A stretch of DNA of 64,000 nucleotides from Promethearchaeota archaeon. Its GTDB lineage: Archaea; Asgardarchaeota; Lokiarchaeia; Sigyniarchaeales; SOKP01. The stretch is from positions 15,433 to 79,432 of the forward strand of contig JAEOTH010000028.1 in NCBI GenBank assembly GCA_016839915.1. The letters are read 5' to 3'. Made by a program: the position numbers and the translations under genes. The notes below the pieces were generated by a model. The model ran no database searches and was not told the origin of the DNA. It saw nothing but the letters and a program-made list of their open reading frames with translations. Below, piece by piece: positions 1 to 9,510 of the stretch. The first letter of the stretch is position 1. Every line of letters starts with the position of its first letter.

Positions 1-563
1 TGTCTATATCTCTCAAAGCGATTTTCCCAATTAGCATCCACATTAAATGCCACTTTAGCAAATTCAATTGATTTAATCTCCTTAGTTAACCCTTCCTTTT
101 CTTTCGGACTATATATTTTAATAGGATCTCCTATAGCAATATTATTTGGAGGAATAAAATAATTAGCGGGAACTAAAGTATTCGCATGAACAAAAGCTCC
201 AACTGCTACTGCAGCACCAGATTCAACAATGGCACCTTGTAATATCGTAGCACCAGTTGCTATATATGAATTAGACTCAACTTCACAACCAATAAGAGTA
301 GATTGTGGTGAAATGAAGACATGATCTCCAATTTCTACAGGATATTCACGATTTCCTGCAGCTGAAGCTCTAAGAACAGCATTTTCACATATAATTGAAC
401 ATTCACCGATTTTAATCTTCGATCCCTCTGAATCAAGAATAGAACCATACATAATCCGTGAATCTTTTCCAATCGTAATATCTCCAATAACAACAGCAGT
501 AGGCGCGATAAATACAGATGAATCAAATTTAGGTTCGAAACCTCGATGTTTTATTATAATAAT
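1..563 (-). CDS. gamma-carbonic-anhydrase-like / hexapeptide-repeat (left-handed beta-helix) protein, 3' end outside window
   Basis: Open minus-strand frame absent from ORF track (no stop inside window): IIKHRGFEPKFDSSVFIAPTAVVIGDITIGKDSRIMYGSILDSEGSKIKIGECSIICENAVLRA..VEIGDHVFISPQSTLIGCEVESNSYIATGATILQGAIVESGAAVAVGAFV, repeated hexapeptide pattern. Frame opens after TGA 567-569; only ATT/ATA codons follow an AGGTGA motif. Confidence 0.6.
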   Translation of the reverse strand, partial: MIIIKHRGFEPKFDSSVFIAPTAVVIGDITIGKDSRIMYGSILDSEGSKIKIGECSIICENAVLRASAAGNREYPVEIGDHVFISPQSTLIGCEVESNSYIATGATILQGAIVESGAAVAVGAFVHANTLVPANYFIPPNNIAIGDPIKIYSPKEKEGLTKEIKSIEFAKVAFNVDANWENRFERYR

Positions 564-727
564 CTTTCACCTTATATTATTTTCAAAGAAATTTGATTAC
601 TTACTAATTCTTTATTATTTAATAGTTTTATAGGAAAACATGGGATAATTCAAATTAATAGGTTAAAAATTAAAATTATTAATAATTAAAATTAACAATA
701 AATAAAAAAAGGAGAAAGGAGATTAGA

Positions 728-1282
728 ATGAAAAAATCTGAACTAAGTCCAAAAATTTCAACATTTCCAATGCCTGTAGCAGTTATTTCTGTAGGAACAG
801 GCGAAGCCGCTAATTTAATAACATTAGCATATGTAGGTAAAGTCTGCCATGATCCTCCTATTATTGCTATTTCTATAAGACCAAATCGACATTCTTACAA
901 ATTAATTGAAAACCTTGGTGAATTTGTGATCAATTATCCTACAATAGAACAATTAAGAGAAACCGATTATATTGGTACACATTCGGGTAGAGATGTCAAT
1001 AAATGGAACCATTTGAATTTAACTAAAGAAAATGCTTCAGTGGTGCAAGTTCCGATGATAAAAGAGTTTCCATGGAATATGGAATGTAAAGTAATAAAGA
1101 GAGTAGAATTTGGATCACATATTTGTTATTTTGGAAAAGTAGTTGCTACACATTCTGATCCTAATTATGTGCAAAATGAAACTTTAAATCCAGAAGAATT
1201 TAATTTTCCAGCATATATAGCAGGTAATTACCTCCAACTAAAAAAAGGTGCTTTAGCAAGGCATGGATTTACAGTGGAGTAA
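728..1282 (+). CDS. flavin reductase-like (FMN-binding split-barrel) domain protein
   Basis: 184-aa ORF, GGAGAAAGGAG upstream; FPMPVAVISVG..ANLITLAYVG..PPIIAISIRP pattern resembles flavin reductase-like domain. Confidence 0.6.
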   Translation: MKKSELSPKISTFPMPVAVISVGTGEAANLITLAYVGKVCHDPPIIAISIRPNRHSYKLIENLGEFVINYPTIEQLRETDYIGTHSGRDVNKWNHLNLTKENASVVQVPMIKEFPWNMECKVIKRVEFGSHICYFGKVVATHSDPNYVQNETLNPEEFNFPAYIAGNYLQLKKGALARHGFTVE

Positions 1283-1320
1283 TTTCTATAATATTTATAA
1301 ACATTTTTAATTAATTTAAT

Positions 1321-1851
1321 ATGGCAAAAGATTCAATTGCGCTTATTGGTTTTATGGCCACCGGAAAAACTAAAATAGGTAGATTGTTAGTGAAATATCT
1401 TGGAAAAGAATATCAATTCATTGAAACTGATGAAAGAATCATCCAAGAAGTTGGGAAACCTATTCCTAAAATTTTTGCTGAGGAAGGAGAACTTAAATTT
1501 AGAGAATATGAAACATCAGTATGTAGAAAAATGTCTAACTTAAATAAGGTTGTGATTTCATGTGGAGGAGGCGTAATATTGGATGAGAAAAATATTGAAA
1601 ATTTAAGGAAAAACTGTCATATTGTCTTATTAAAGGCGTCTTTAGATGAAATTCGTAAAAGAATATTAAAAAATGGCAAAGAATCAAGACCTTTAATTGA
1701 TAAAGAGGATCCTAAGAGAGAAATTGCTGAAGTTCTAACTTTTCGTGACCCTTATTATATAGCAGCAGCCGAAATTGTTATTGATACCACTGGAAAAAAA
1801 ATTAAAAACATTGTCCGAGAGATCGCTATAAAAACCAGATTAAAAACCTAA
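1321..1851 (+). CDS. aroK: shikimate kinase (AroK type, P-loop)
   Basis: IALIGFMATGKTKIGRLL Walker A, FIETDE, ISCGGGVIL, size 176 aa. Confidence 0.8.
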   Translation: MAKDSIALIGFMATGKTKIGRLLVKYLGKEYQFIETDERIIQEVGKPIPKIFAEEGELKFREYETSVCRKMSNLNKVVISCGGGVILDEKNIENLRKNCHIVLLKASLDEIRKRILKNGKESRPLIDKEDPKREIAEVLTFRDPYYIAAAEIVIDTTGKKIKNIVREIAIKTRLKT

Positions 1852-1912
1852 ATTTAAATTTGTCAACTCTACTAACTATTCATCATAATTATAACAGAGT
1901 TAAGGTAATAAT

Positions 1913-2118
1913 ATGACCGAAAATAAATTCACTCGAACTAAATGTCCACAGTGCGGAAATGAGAATCCACGTAAGCTTCACGAGGAGCCAGACAAAAATA
2001 ATGTGCTATACTACAGTATAGGTAAGGTTATTTCAACCTACCGCTGAAGCAGGGCACTCCTGTCTATGTTAAGAATATGAAGTGTGGTGGATGTGGAAAT
2101 GTTTTTAAAAAGGATTAA
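1913..2118 (+). CDS. small four-Cys zinc-ribbon protein, interrupted by a 29-nt intron (join 1913..2019,2049..2118)
   Basis: Exon 1 MTENKFTRTKCPQCGNENPRKLHEEPDKNNVLYYS, exon 2 (-1 frame) ..QGTPVYVKNMKCGGCGNVFKKD*; joined length 177 nt = 58 aa + stop. Confidence 0.6.
2020..2048 (+). other. putative bulge-helix-bulge (BHB) intron in mRNA, 29 nt
   Basis: Central helix CAGT(2014-2017)/GCTG(2043-2046), bulges ATA(2018-2020) and AAG(2047-2049), inner hairpin GGTA(A)GGTT-ATTTC-AACCTACC; removal restores frame. Confidence 0.7.
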
Positions 2119-2125
2119 TTTATAA

Positions 2126-2148
2126 TTTTTTTTTCATATTTTTTTTTT
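2126..2148 (+). terminator. oligo-T tracts downstream of zinc-ribbon gene (archaeal-type terminator candidate)
   Basis: T9 and T10 runs within 30 nt after stop codon. Confidence 0.35.
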
Positions 2149-2404
2149 ATTTTCACATGATTAATATCATATCAGAATATGGTATTTTATTAAAGATGAA
2201 AATAGAGCATTTTTCTTTGATAAATTAATCCTTGCCACTGGAAGCATTCTAAGAATTCCATCAATTAAATATACGGTATTGTAAGGGAGTTTTTACATTA
2301 CCAAAATAGATATTTCGTTAGAGGTTCGCGTAAGGAGAAACGCAATGATTAAATAGTTGTCTTTCTTATCACTCCTAATATTTATTTATTATTTGAGAAC
2401 TCTT

Positions 2405-4576
2405 ATGAAACTTACTACTCTTAAAATAAATGATTTGCTAAAATTGAGTAAAAAATTCACTTTTTTGGTAGGAGCAGGTTGTTCTGTTAGTGCTCCTTCA
2501 TGTCTTCCTGCAGGATATCCAATGATGAAAGCACTTATTAATCATACATGTGCTCAATCAGAGATTAATGATATGTTAGAATTAATGAAATTAGGAAAAT
2601 TACGATTTGAAGCTTTAGTTGAGATTATTCGAGATCAAATAGATGAAAATCTCAAACTTATCGATTACTATAATCAATGTGATAAACCAAATATCCAACA
2701 CTTTTTCTTAGCAGAGATGATAAAAAGTGGAAATTTTGTTATGACTACTAATTTCGATTATTTAATTGAGTATGCCTTAAAACACTTAGAAGTACCTCTT
2801 GAGGAGATTGTTCCAGTCATTACGAAAGAAGATTTTGAAAAATTTGCTGATCCTTATGAACAATTAAATCAAAGAAAAAAATCAGTATATAAAATACATG
2901 GTTCAACAAAAAATTTTGCTACTCAAGAAAACACAAGAGATTCTCTAGTTGCCACAATTCAAGCATTTGGATCAAACAAAGAGGGAGAAAATGTATTCCA
3001 ATTAGAACCATTTAAACGGCCTTTATTTGAAAATATCACAAAAGATCGTTCTTTAGTAGTAATGGGTTATTCTGGAAGTGATGATTTTGATATTGTCCCC
3101 ACCTTAAAAATATTAAAAAATGTTCAGAAAATTATATGGATAAATTATCAACATAATATAGAAATGGGAAAAGAACAGATATATGAAATTAATGATAATA
3201 CATTCCAATCTTTAGATAAATTGGATAGGAATTTAAAGAAGGTTACTCAGATTCTTTTTGAAATATGGCAAATGAAGAATATAAGTCAAATATACCTAAT
3301 AAATTTAAACACAGAGAAAATGGCAGAAGGGTTATTAGAGATTAAACCTCCTATAAGTAATGAAAATTTTTCCCTCGATCTTAATGATTATCTTTATAAC
3401 ATCTACCAAGATGTTATTGAATTAACTAAAAATTATATTCCTAATAGAACCTATCACGCGTTAGATATGTATTCTAATGTATTAAGGAGCAGTAAAAACA
3501 TTCTACTAATTGCGGATAAAGAAAAGTATCATATTTGGAAAGCAATTGCACTCAATGACATTGCAGAAATCTTTATTAGTCAAGGAAAATATGAAGAAGC
3601 TTTAAAAAATTTAGAAGAAGCTTTTGAGATCCCTACAATTTCAAGTAATCCATATCTGAAATCTAGCATTTTTAATAATATGGCATTAGCTTATACAGCA
3701 ATAAGGGATTATCCTGCAGCTATTAAAAGATATAAAGCATCTCTTGAAATTGATAAAAGAATGGGAGATCCAAAGAAACAAGTTGCTAGCCATAATAATC
3801 TTGGTCATTTGTATAACACTCAACAACAGTTCTCTGAAGCATTGAAACATTATAATGAAGGACTAAAAATTGCAGAAAAATTAGGACTTTTAAAAATAAA
3901 AGGTGTTATTTTAAATAATATTGGAAATATTTATGCGGCACAAAGAAATTATTCAGAAGCAAGGAAAAGAACTGGAGAAGCACTAAATATTTCTGAACAA
4001 TTGGGAAATCCAAGTCTAAAAATCGCATGCTTTTGTAATTTTGCAAGGATAAATGAATATCAAGGAAATTTTCAAGAAGCTGTGAAATTATATGAAGAAG
4101 CAAGTATGATTGCTGAAATGATAGGAGAAAGAGAAACAAAAAATTCAGTTCTTGATTTACTTAACTCAGCTAAAAAGAAACATGCGGAAACTAAAAACAT
4201 GATTGACGAGCATGGAATTTCCCAAGGAAAAAAAAAAATAAAACAAGAGATTATTTGTCATCCAAAATGGAATTCAAATGAGATAAAGAATTTTTTAAAA
4301 GGATTTATTAAACCATTTTTTGATTCATTTAGAGATTCACTCAACTGGCAAAGAGTTGAAACAAATTGTAATGAATTGAAACCAAATTTACTAGAAATCT
4401 CCTCCGGTGATAATTTTAAAGCTTCTATTTATATTGTAGAAGAGAATAAAAAGAAAAAATCTATTCAGATTGAATGGGAAGAAAGAAGTGTGGTGGCGAG
4501 ACAAGTTTGGGAAGGAATAACCAACCAATTAACAGATTTGTTCAAAAAACCAGGATTAAAATCCTTGAATAAATAA
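2405..4576 (+). CDS. SIR2-like domain protein fused to TPR repeats and a C-terminal ~110-aa domain
   Basis: ORF track 2357..4576; ATG at 2405 more likely start. FTFLVGAGCSVSAPSCLPAGYP, VYKIHGS, VVMGYSGSDDFDI (SIR2_2-like); central repeats NNLGHLYNTQQQFSEALKHYNEGLKIAEKLG etc. (TPR); C-terminal CHPKWN.. domain. Confidence 0.65.
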   Translation: MKLTTLKINDLLKLSKKFTFLVGAGCSVSAPSCLPAGYPMMKALINHTCAQSEINDMLELMKLGKLRFEALVEIIRDQIDENLKLIDYYNQCDKPNIQHFFLAEMIKSGNFVMTTNFDYLIEYALKHLEVPLEEIVPVITKEDFEKFADPYEQLNQRKKSVYKIHGSTKNFATQENTRDSLVATIQAFGSNKEGENVFQLEPFKRPLFENITKDRSLVVMGYSGSDDFDIVPTLKILKNVQKIIWINYQHNIEMGKEQIYEINDNTFQSLDKLDRNLKKVTQILFEIWQMKNISQIYLINLNTEKMAEGLLEIKPPISNENFSLDLNDYLYNIYQDVIELTKNYIPNRTYHALDMYSNVLRSSKNILLIADKEKYHIWKAIALNDIAEIFISQGKYEEALKNLEEAFEIPTISSNPYLKSSIFNNMALAYTAIRDYPAAIKRYKASLEIDKRMGDPKKQVASHNNLGHLYNTQQQFSEALKHYNEGLKIAEKLGLLKIKGVILNNIGNIYAAQRNYSEARKRTGEALNISEQLGNPSLKIACFCNFARINEYQGNFQEAVKLYEEASMIAEMIGERETKNSVLDLLNSAKKKHAETKNMIDEHGISQGKKKIKQEIICHPKWNSNEIKNFLKGFIKPFFDSFRDSLNWQRVETNCNELKPNLLEISSGDNFKASIYIVEENKKKKSIQIEWEERSVVARQVWEGITNQLTDLFKKPGLKSLNK

Positions 4577-4633
4577 AATAGATTAATTTATACCATATAA
4601 ACCTTTATTAAGAGCAATATCACAAATAATATC

Positions 4634-4981
4634 ATGCCAAAAATTATGAAATGTCATCCCGATTGGAATGATGACTTAATAACAACAGTTATTACTAGTG
4701 GAGTTGGGGCATTTCTTGAAAATCTAAGAGGTCAATTCTTATTTAAGTTTCTTGGAAATGAAACAATAATTAATAATATAGCGTCCAATATAATAGAAAT
4801 TACATCAGGTAAACAATTTATTGGAAGATTTCAAATAATTGAAGATCCCTCTGAAGGCAAAATAGTTAAAATAGATTATGAAAAAAGCGGTAAAAAGGCG
4901 AAAAAACTACTTTGGGATAGTATTTTTGAGATCATTGAGGGAAATCTCAAGAAATCACCTCTAGAAACAGCTAATGTATAA
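4634..4981 (+). CDS. stand-alone paralogue of the C-terminal domain of the upstream SIR2-TPR protein
   Basis: MPKIMKCHPDWNDD..IEITSGKQF..IVKIDYEKSGKKAKKLLWDSI aligns by eye with ..IICHPKWNSN..LEISSGDNF..SIQIEWEERSVVARQVWEGI of 2405..4576. Confidence 0.5.
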   Translation: MPKIMKCHPDWNDDLITTVITSGVGAFLENLRGQFLFKFLGNETIINNIASNIIEITSGKQFIGRFQIIEDPSEGKIVKIDYEKSGKKAKKLLWDSIFEIIEGNLKKSPLETANV

Positions 4982-5069
4982 ATTAAGTGGTGTTCAATTT
5001 ATTCCACGTAAAATCAAATCAGGATTTACCAGGTTCTAATTACTTTTTTTTCTTATTTTTTTTTATATG

Positions 5070-6296
5070 TTATATTAATGATAGAACAATCTTATTTTGA
5101 GCTTTTAACATATCTTCCATGATAAGCTCCATAGCTTCTTTAATATCGGGGGCGTTCTCAGGTATACTACGCTTTGCGTTTACGCTTGCCATGAGTACTT
5201 CATTTAATCCACGTAAGATCATATCAGGAGAATACCAAGGGCGCTGAGATGCCCACCATTGCTGACAGCTATGAATTCCTCGATCTAACAGATTTCTTGC
5301 ATTATCAAATATTCTTTTCTTCTCATCATCCATGCTATCACGATATTTGGATGATAGATGTATTAAAGTAAGAGCATACATGAAAAATCTGTGTTGTTCT
5401 ATGTGTATCTCATTTTGAGGATTGAACCATAAAGGGAATGGGACATCAGTAGCAATATCATATGGCATTGTTGACCAACTTGAATCTCTTGGAACTTGAG
5501 TAAAGCCTTTAGGAAACATATCAACAATTTCGGAAATGTTCCAAATCTTTACATCATTTCTATAAGGGACTGTTTGAAATAATGGGATTAAAAAGTTATT
5601 TATAGCATGCTTAACATGGTGCCCAAAAGTTTCACCATCCATAGCAAGTATAACATAATAATCCTCAGATGTGTGCTTGTAATATAGACGTTTAATAAAT
5701 GTATCAATATTGTTAATCTTATCAAAAGCGCAGTCAATTGAGATATAATCATCTCTAAATAACAGTTTAAGTCCATTTGGATGTACAGATATATGGTTTG
5801 TAGGAAACTCCGATAAAGTATTAGCAATTCCACTCATAATAATCCAATCAAAACCAGAATTTTTCACAATTTTAAAAACTTCTTCTGAAACCGCCATTTC
5901 TGGTGGAAAAAATCCGCGAGGCTTATAAATCGTCCCAAAAAAATGTTGATTTGTATCATTATTTAGAGTTATTTGGCGTTTAACTTCAGGCTCAGGTATC
6001 AATGGGAGGAGAGGATGAAATTTTCCAGAACCTGTAAATTCAATCTGTCCTTTAGATGCTAAAGTTGTAATTGCTCCAATTAAATCATCATATCCAAAAT
6101 CATGCAATTGTTCTGTTAACGTTCCATTGATATTTAAAGTAATTTTCGCTTCTGGGTTTTGCTTTAAAGCATCAATTATCGGCCTGTAGGATTCATTTAC
6201 AATTTGCTTGATTACATGTGGGATTTGTACTGGAGGTTGATATATATGAAATAAAAAGGCAAAATGAACGACCATATTATAAATTAGAAAATCCAC
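5070..6296 (-). CDS. glycoside hydrolase family 57-like protein
   Basis: FHIYQPPVQ, GQIEFTGSGKFHPLLPLI, ILAMDGETFGHH motifs; start may be the second Met. Confidence 0.6.
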   Translation of the reverse strand: MDFLIYNMVVHFAFLFHIYQPPVQIPHVIKQIVNESYRPIIDALKQNPEAKITLNINGTLTEQLHDFGYDDLIGAITTLASKGQIEFTGSGKFHPLLPLIPEPEVKRQITLNNDTNQHFFGTIYKPRGFFPPEMAVSEEVFKIVKNSGFDWIIMSGIANTLSEFPTNHISVHPNGLKLLFRDDYISIDCAFDKINNIDTFIKRLYYKHTSEDYYVILAMDGETFGHHVKHAINNFLIPLFQTVPYRNDVKIWNISEIVDMFPKGFTQVPRDSSWSTMPYDIATDVPFPLWFNPQNEIHIEQHRFFMYALTLIHLSSKYRDSMDDEKKRIFDNARNLLDRGIHSCQQWWASQRPWYSPDMILRGLNEVLMASVNAKRSIPENAPDIKEAMELIMEDMLKAQNKIVLSLI

Positions 6297-6327
6297 TTTT
6301 TTTAATCTTCATAATTCTAATTGCAAT

Positions 6328-7074
6328 TTAATTTAGAATTAAATTATATATCTCTTTCATTTTGGAAATATTAATTTGTCCCGGTGCTGTCTCCTCATCC
6401 AAAGAAGCATATGTCATAAAAGATCCTTTAATAACACACATAATTCTTGAGAAAACCCCTAAAGTTCCAATACAAAATGAAACTATGTTCTGATTTGAAT
6501 TTGAGTAATTTTTGCACAATTTTAAAGGTATTAGATTATCTTCAAAAGTTTGAGCATTAAAAATAAGTTTATAAATATAATTTTTAAGAATTTTAGGCTT
6601 TATTGATAATCGCTTAATTAGTTTTTCGTGAAAATTATGAACTATATAAGCTGATTCCTCATATGTTAGTGTTTTATCAAGGTCATGGTGCGAAAAAATT
6701 AATTTTATACCTCTTTGAGACGCGAGATTAATGATTTCTCTTAAATAGTTTTCATTAGTATTCATCTCTATATCGATGTAATCGGGTTTAGTCTCAATAA
6801 AAACTTTTATAATTCTAAAGCGTTCTTGTTGTTCTATTTCAACTTGACCCCCTTCAGATGAATCTCTGAAAGTAAAGATAACGGCAATAGGAGGATGGAT
6901 AAAATTTAATAACTCTTTTAGGAAAACCAAAGAAATTATTTTTATGTTTGAAATAAAATCAAATCTCAACTCAATAAAATCGGGTTTTGATTTTATTGCG
7001 TGATCGATAACTGGTTTACAATCTTTAATACTTGTAAATTTAAAAGGAATTGAGACACATAGTTTATATTTCAT
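6328..7074 (-). CDS. aroD: 3-dehydroquinate dehydratase, type I
   Basis: KLCVSIP.., DFIELRFDF, IFTFRDSSEGGQ, DYIDIE, IFSHHD, SFCIGTLGVFSR pattern. Confidence 0.75.
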   Translation of the reverse strand: MKYKLCVSIPFKFTSIKDCKPVIDHAIKSKPDFIELRFDFISNIKIISLVFLKELLNFIHPPIAVIFTFRDSSEGGQVEIEQQERFRIIKVFIETKPDYIDIEMNTNENYLREIINLASQRGIKLIFSHHDLDKTLTYEESAYIVHNFHEKLIKRLSIKPKILKNYIYKLIFNAQTFEDNLIPLKLCKNYSNSNQNIVSFCIGTLGVFSRIMCVIKGSFMTYASLDEETAPGQINISKMKEIYNLILN

Positions 7075-7107
7075 GATTTTGAGTGTTTAGATAATAAAAA
7101 AGAAATT

Positions 7108-7752
7108 TTATATTTCGATAATTTTCTTTATATCATTCTCAGTGAAACTTAAAGTATCTGTAGCATCAACTTTTTTAAGTTTTCCCCTTTTCTTATAATA
7201 TTTAATAAGTGGTTTGGCATTATTTTCATAAGCATCTAATCTATTCTTTAAAGTTACTTCATTATCATCAGCTCTTTGCTCAAATTTAATATCAGCACCA
7301 CATTTATCACATATACCTTCTACTTTTGGTGGGAGTGTGTATTTATTGTATATTTCCCCGCAATTGATACAACTATATCTGCCTAATATTCGCTTAAATA
7401 TAATATCTCTTGAAACCTGTAGCAATAAAAGCAAATCTATTTCAGTTATATCTTTTAATGCTTCAGCTTGAGGTAATGTTCGAGGAAATCCATCCAGGAT
7501 AAAACCATTTTTCTTAACATCCTCTCTATTTAATCTATTTCTAACCATTTCAATAGTAACATCATCAGGTACTAATTCTCCTTTATCCATGAAACTTTTA
7601 GCTTTTATACCCAGAGGTGTTTCATTTTTCAAATTTTCTCGAAATATATCTCCAGTACTTATATGAACGATTTCAGGCGCTACTTTTTTAATCTGTAAAC
7701 TGAAAGTACCTTTTCCCGCACCTGGAGGTCCAAATAAAATTAATTTTTTCAT
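7108..7752 (-). CDS. adk: adenylate kinase, long (bacterial/eukaryotic-type) form with Zn-lid
   Basis: ILFGPPGAGKGT, ISTGDIFR, ILDGFPRT, lid CINCGEIYN..CDKCG. Confidence 0.9.
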   Translation of the reverse strand: MKKLILFGPPGAGKGTFSLQIKKVAPEIVHISTGDIFRENLKNETPLGIKAKSFMDKGELVPDDVTIEMVRNRLNREDVKKNGFILDGFPRTLPQAEALKDITEIDLLLLLQVSRDIIFKRILGRYSCINCGEIYNKYTLPPKVEGICDKCGADIKFEQRADDNEVTLKNRLDAYENNAKPLIKYYKKRGKLKKVDATDTLSFTENDIKKIIEI

Positions 7753-7852
7753 AAAATAATTCTCTACTTTTTATAATATATTAAATTGATTACTTTTTTA
7801 AGTAAAAAATAAAATTTAAAGTTATAATAAATCCTTTAGTAAAAAAAAAATC

Positions 7853-8773
7853 TTACTTTATTTCCTTCGATTTACCGAAATCTTTAACTAGATTTATAAT
7901 TTGTGCTTTACGATATGTAGAAGGGACTTTTATATTCTTTTCAGCACAGTAAGCTTTCAATTGTTTAACTGTCCACTTATTATAATCAATTGATAGTTTT
8001 GGCTTTCCTTCAATCATTTCAGAAGTTTTTTTAGCTAACACTTCGATAGCTTCAATAACATTTAACTCATCATTGAAATGTATGCGTAATTTATGACCAG
8101 TTAACTCAATTATTTTATTAGGGAATTCCTTAATACTTTTCCACTCTGATTCTTCAATTGGTGTGCTAAAAATTTCTGTTTTTTTAACAACAATTCCATA
8201 AAGAGTATTATTTCCTATTAAAATATGATTTCGTTTATAATCATTGGGGGTTTCAATTTGAAGGATTTTGTACAATACCTCTTCATCTGATTTATAGGGA
8301 ACTCTTTGAAAATCTTTTAAAGGTTTAGTTTTAATAAATTTAGGTTTTTCATGATACTCGGTTTTGTTTTTAGGAAAATTTAAGGTAGAGAATTGAGATT
8401 GCGTAATTTTTTCTTTCTCAGGGATTTTTTGCAACTTTAAACCAAAGGCATTTAAAAACTCGAATGGTTCTTCGCCTTGATCAATGGAAACTATTTTACA
8501 TCGATGAAAATTTGCTGAATAAGTTAATTCTTGTTGCAAATCTTGAGCAACACGAGAAGCAATAAATTTTTTTCTCACGGTTGATTGATGACCCTTCCAT
8601 ATATATATCTTTCTTAGGTCTTCTTTTACAATTAATACCACTTGTGAATCATGTAGGATTTTGTTTCCATTATCTTGAGATAATTCTTCTTCTGTTATGT
8701 TAACTCTTTCTTTTTCACCAGAATCCTTTAGTTCAAACATCATAAAGCTAGAATAATCATCAAGCACGTTCAT
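7853..8773 (-). CDS. gelsolin/villin-like domain protein with C-terminal SAP/HeH-like motif
   Basis: VVLIVKEDLRKIYIWKGHQSTVRKKFIASRVAQDL..IVSIDQGEEPFEFLNAFG resembles one gelsolin repeat; C-terminus WTVKQLKAYCAEKNIKVPSTYRKAQIINLV is SAP/HeH-like. Confidence 0.55.
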   Translation of the reverse strand: MNVLDDYSSFMMFELKDSGEKERVNITEEELSQDNGNKILHDSQVVLIVKEDLRKIYIWKGHQSTVRKKFIASRVAQDLQQELTYSANFHRCKIVSIDQGEEPFEFLNAFGLKLQKIPEKEKITQSQFSTLNFPKNKTEYHEKPKFIKTKPLKDFQRVPYKSDEEVLYKILQIETPNDYKRNHILIGNNTLYGIVVKKTEIFSTPIEESEWKSIKEFPNKIIELTGHKLRIHFNDELNVIEAIEVLAKKTSEMIEGKPKLSIDYNKWTVKQLKAYCAEKNIKVPSTYRKAQIINLVKDFGKSKEIK

Positions 8774-8908
8774 TTTTTAATCTTATATTTTTTAAATTCT
8801 TGAGATTAATTTCTAATTTTATTTATCACTTCTAAATTTTAAGAGAGGGCAACTGTATTGTAATTTGTTATTTTACATTTCTCGAAATTTCAGATAAATA
8901 TATCATAA

Positions 8909-9496
8909 TTAACCAGTAAAATATGAAAATTCAATTGTTTTAATTAAATATTCAACTACTCGTTTTTCTCTTATGTTAAAGACATTATCAAAATCACATT
9001 TTATGGAAAATCCGTAGTAAGAATTCCCAAAAAAGGTATTTGATTTTTTTATTGAATCTAATATAAGCTTTTTGTTTCCTGTATGAAGATAAATTGATAT
9101 ATCATTGATTATTAATACCTCTGTTGGATTTTCAGTAAATATTTTTAATATATTGAAAGTTTTTTTAAAATTTTTGCATGCATTTTCATAAAGGTTTTTC
9201 CTATTTCTTGCGTTAAGGCGAGGTGGAATAATATCTCCTTCAAAACAGATATTATTACAAATTTTACTGTTTTTATAGAAATTCATAACTTTACCTCCAA
9301 TTTTAATGTCATTAATTACATTTAAAGAAGGAGCAAAATCCAAAATACTAATTTCTTTTGGATCAAAATTCTTATCTTCTATGAGAAATTGAATAAATTT
9401 TGCGGTATAATAAGTTTTTTTAGTATCAGTCTCACCATACAATAAAATATGATGCCCTAAAAAATCATTAAAGTTTAATTTTTCAATTAATACCAT
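8909..9496 (-). CDS. hypothetical protein with degenerate P-loop-like motif
   Basis: 195-aa ORF, HHILLYGETDTKKTYY; no confident family. Confidence 0.4.
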   Translation of the reverse strand: MVLIEKLNFNDFLGHHILLYGETDTKKTYYTAKFIQFLIEDKNFDPKEISILDFAPSLNVINDIKIGGKVMNFYKNSKICNNICFEGDIIPPRLNARNRKNLYENACKNFKKTFNILKIFTENPTEVLIINDISIYLHTGNKKLILDSIKKSNTFFGNSYYGFSIKCDFDNVFNIREKRVVEYLIKTIEFSYFTG

Positions 9497-9510
9497 TTTG
9501 AATTTGTGTT

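Noticed and set aside
335-526. 63-aa ORF on the minus strand.
   Set aside because: It is out of frame within the hexapeptide-repeat gene, whose real frame has clear family signatures.
2045-2047. In-frame TGA in the zinc-ribbon gene as a selenocysteine codon, given the nearby Sec machinery.
   Set aside because: Reading through gives only 10 more codons before another TGA, and the second CxxC half is in another frame. A 29-nt BHB excision explains both.
4634-4981. ORF 4634..4981 as a detached exon of the SIR2-TPR gene.
   Set aside because: The upstream ORF already ends with a complete copy of the same domain and its own stop, so this is a paralogue, not a split gene.
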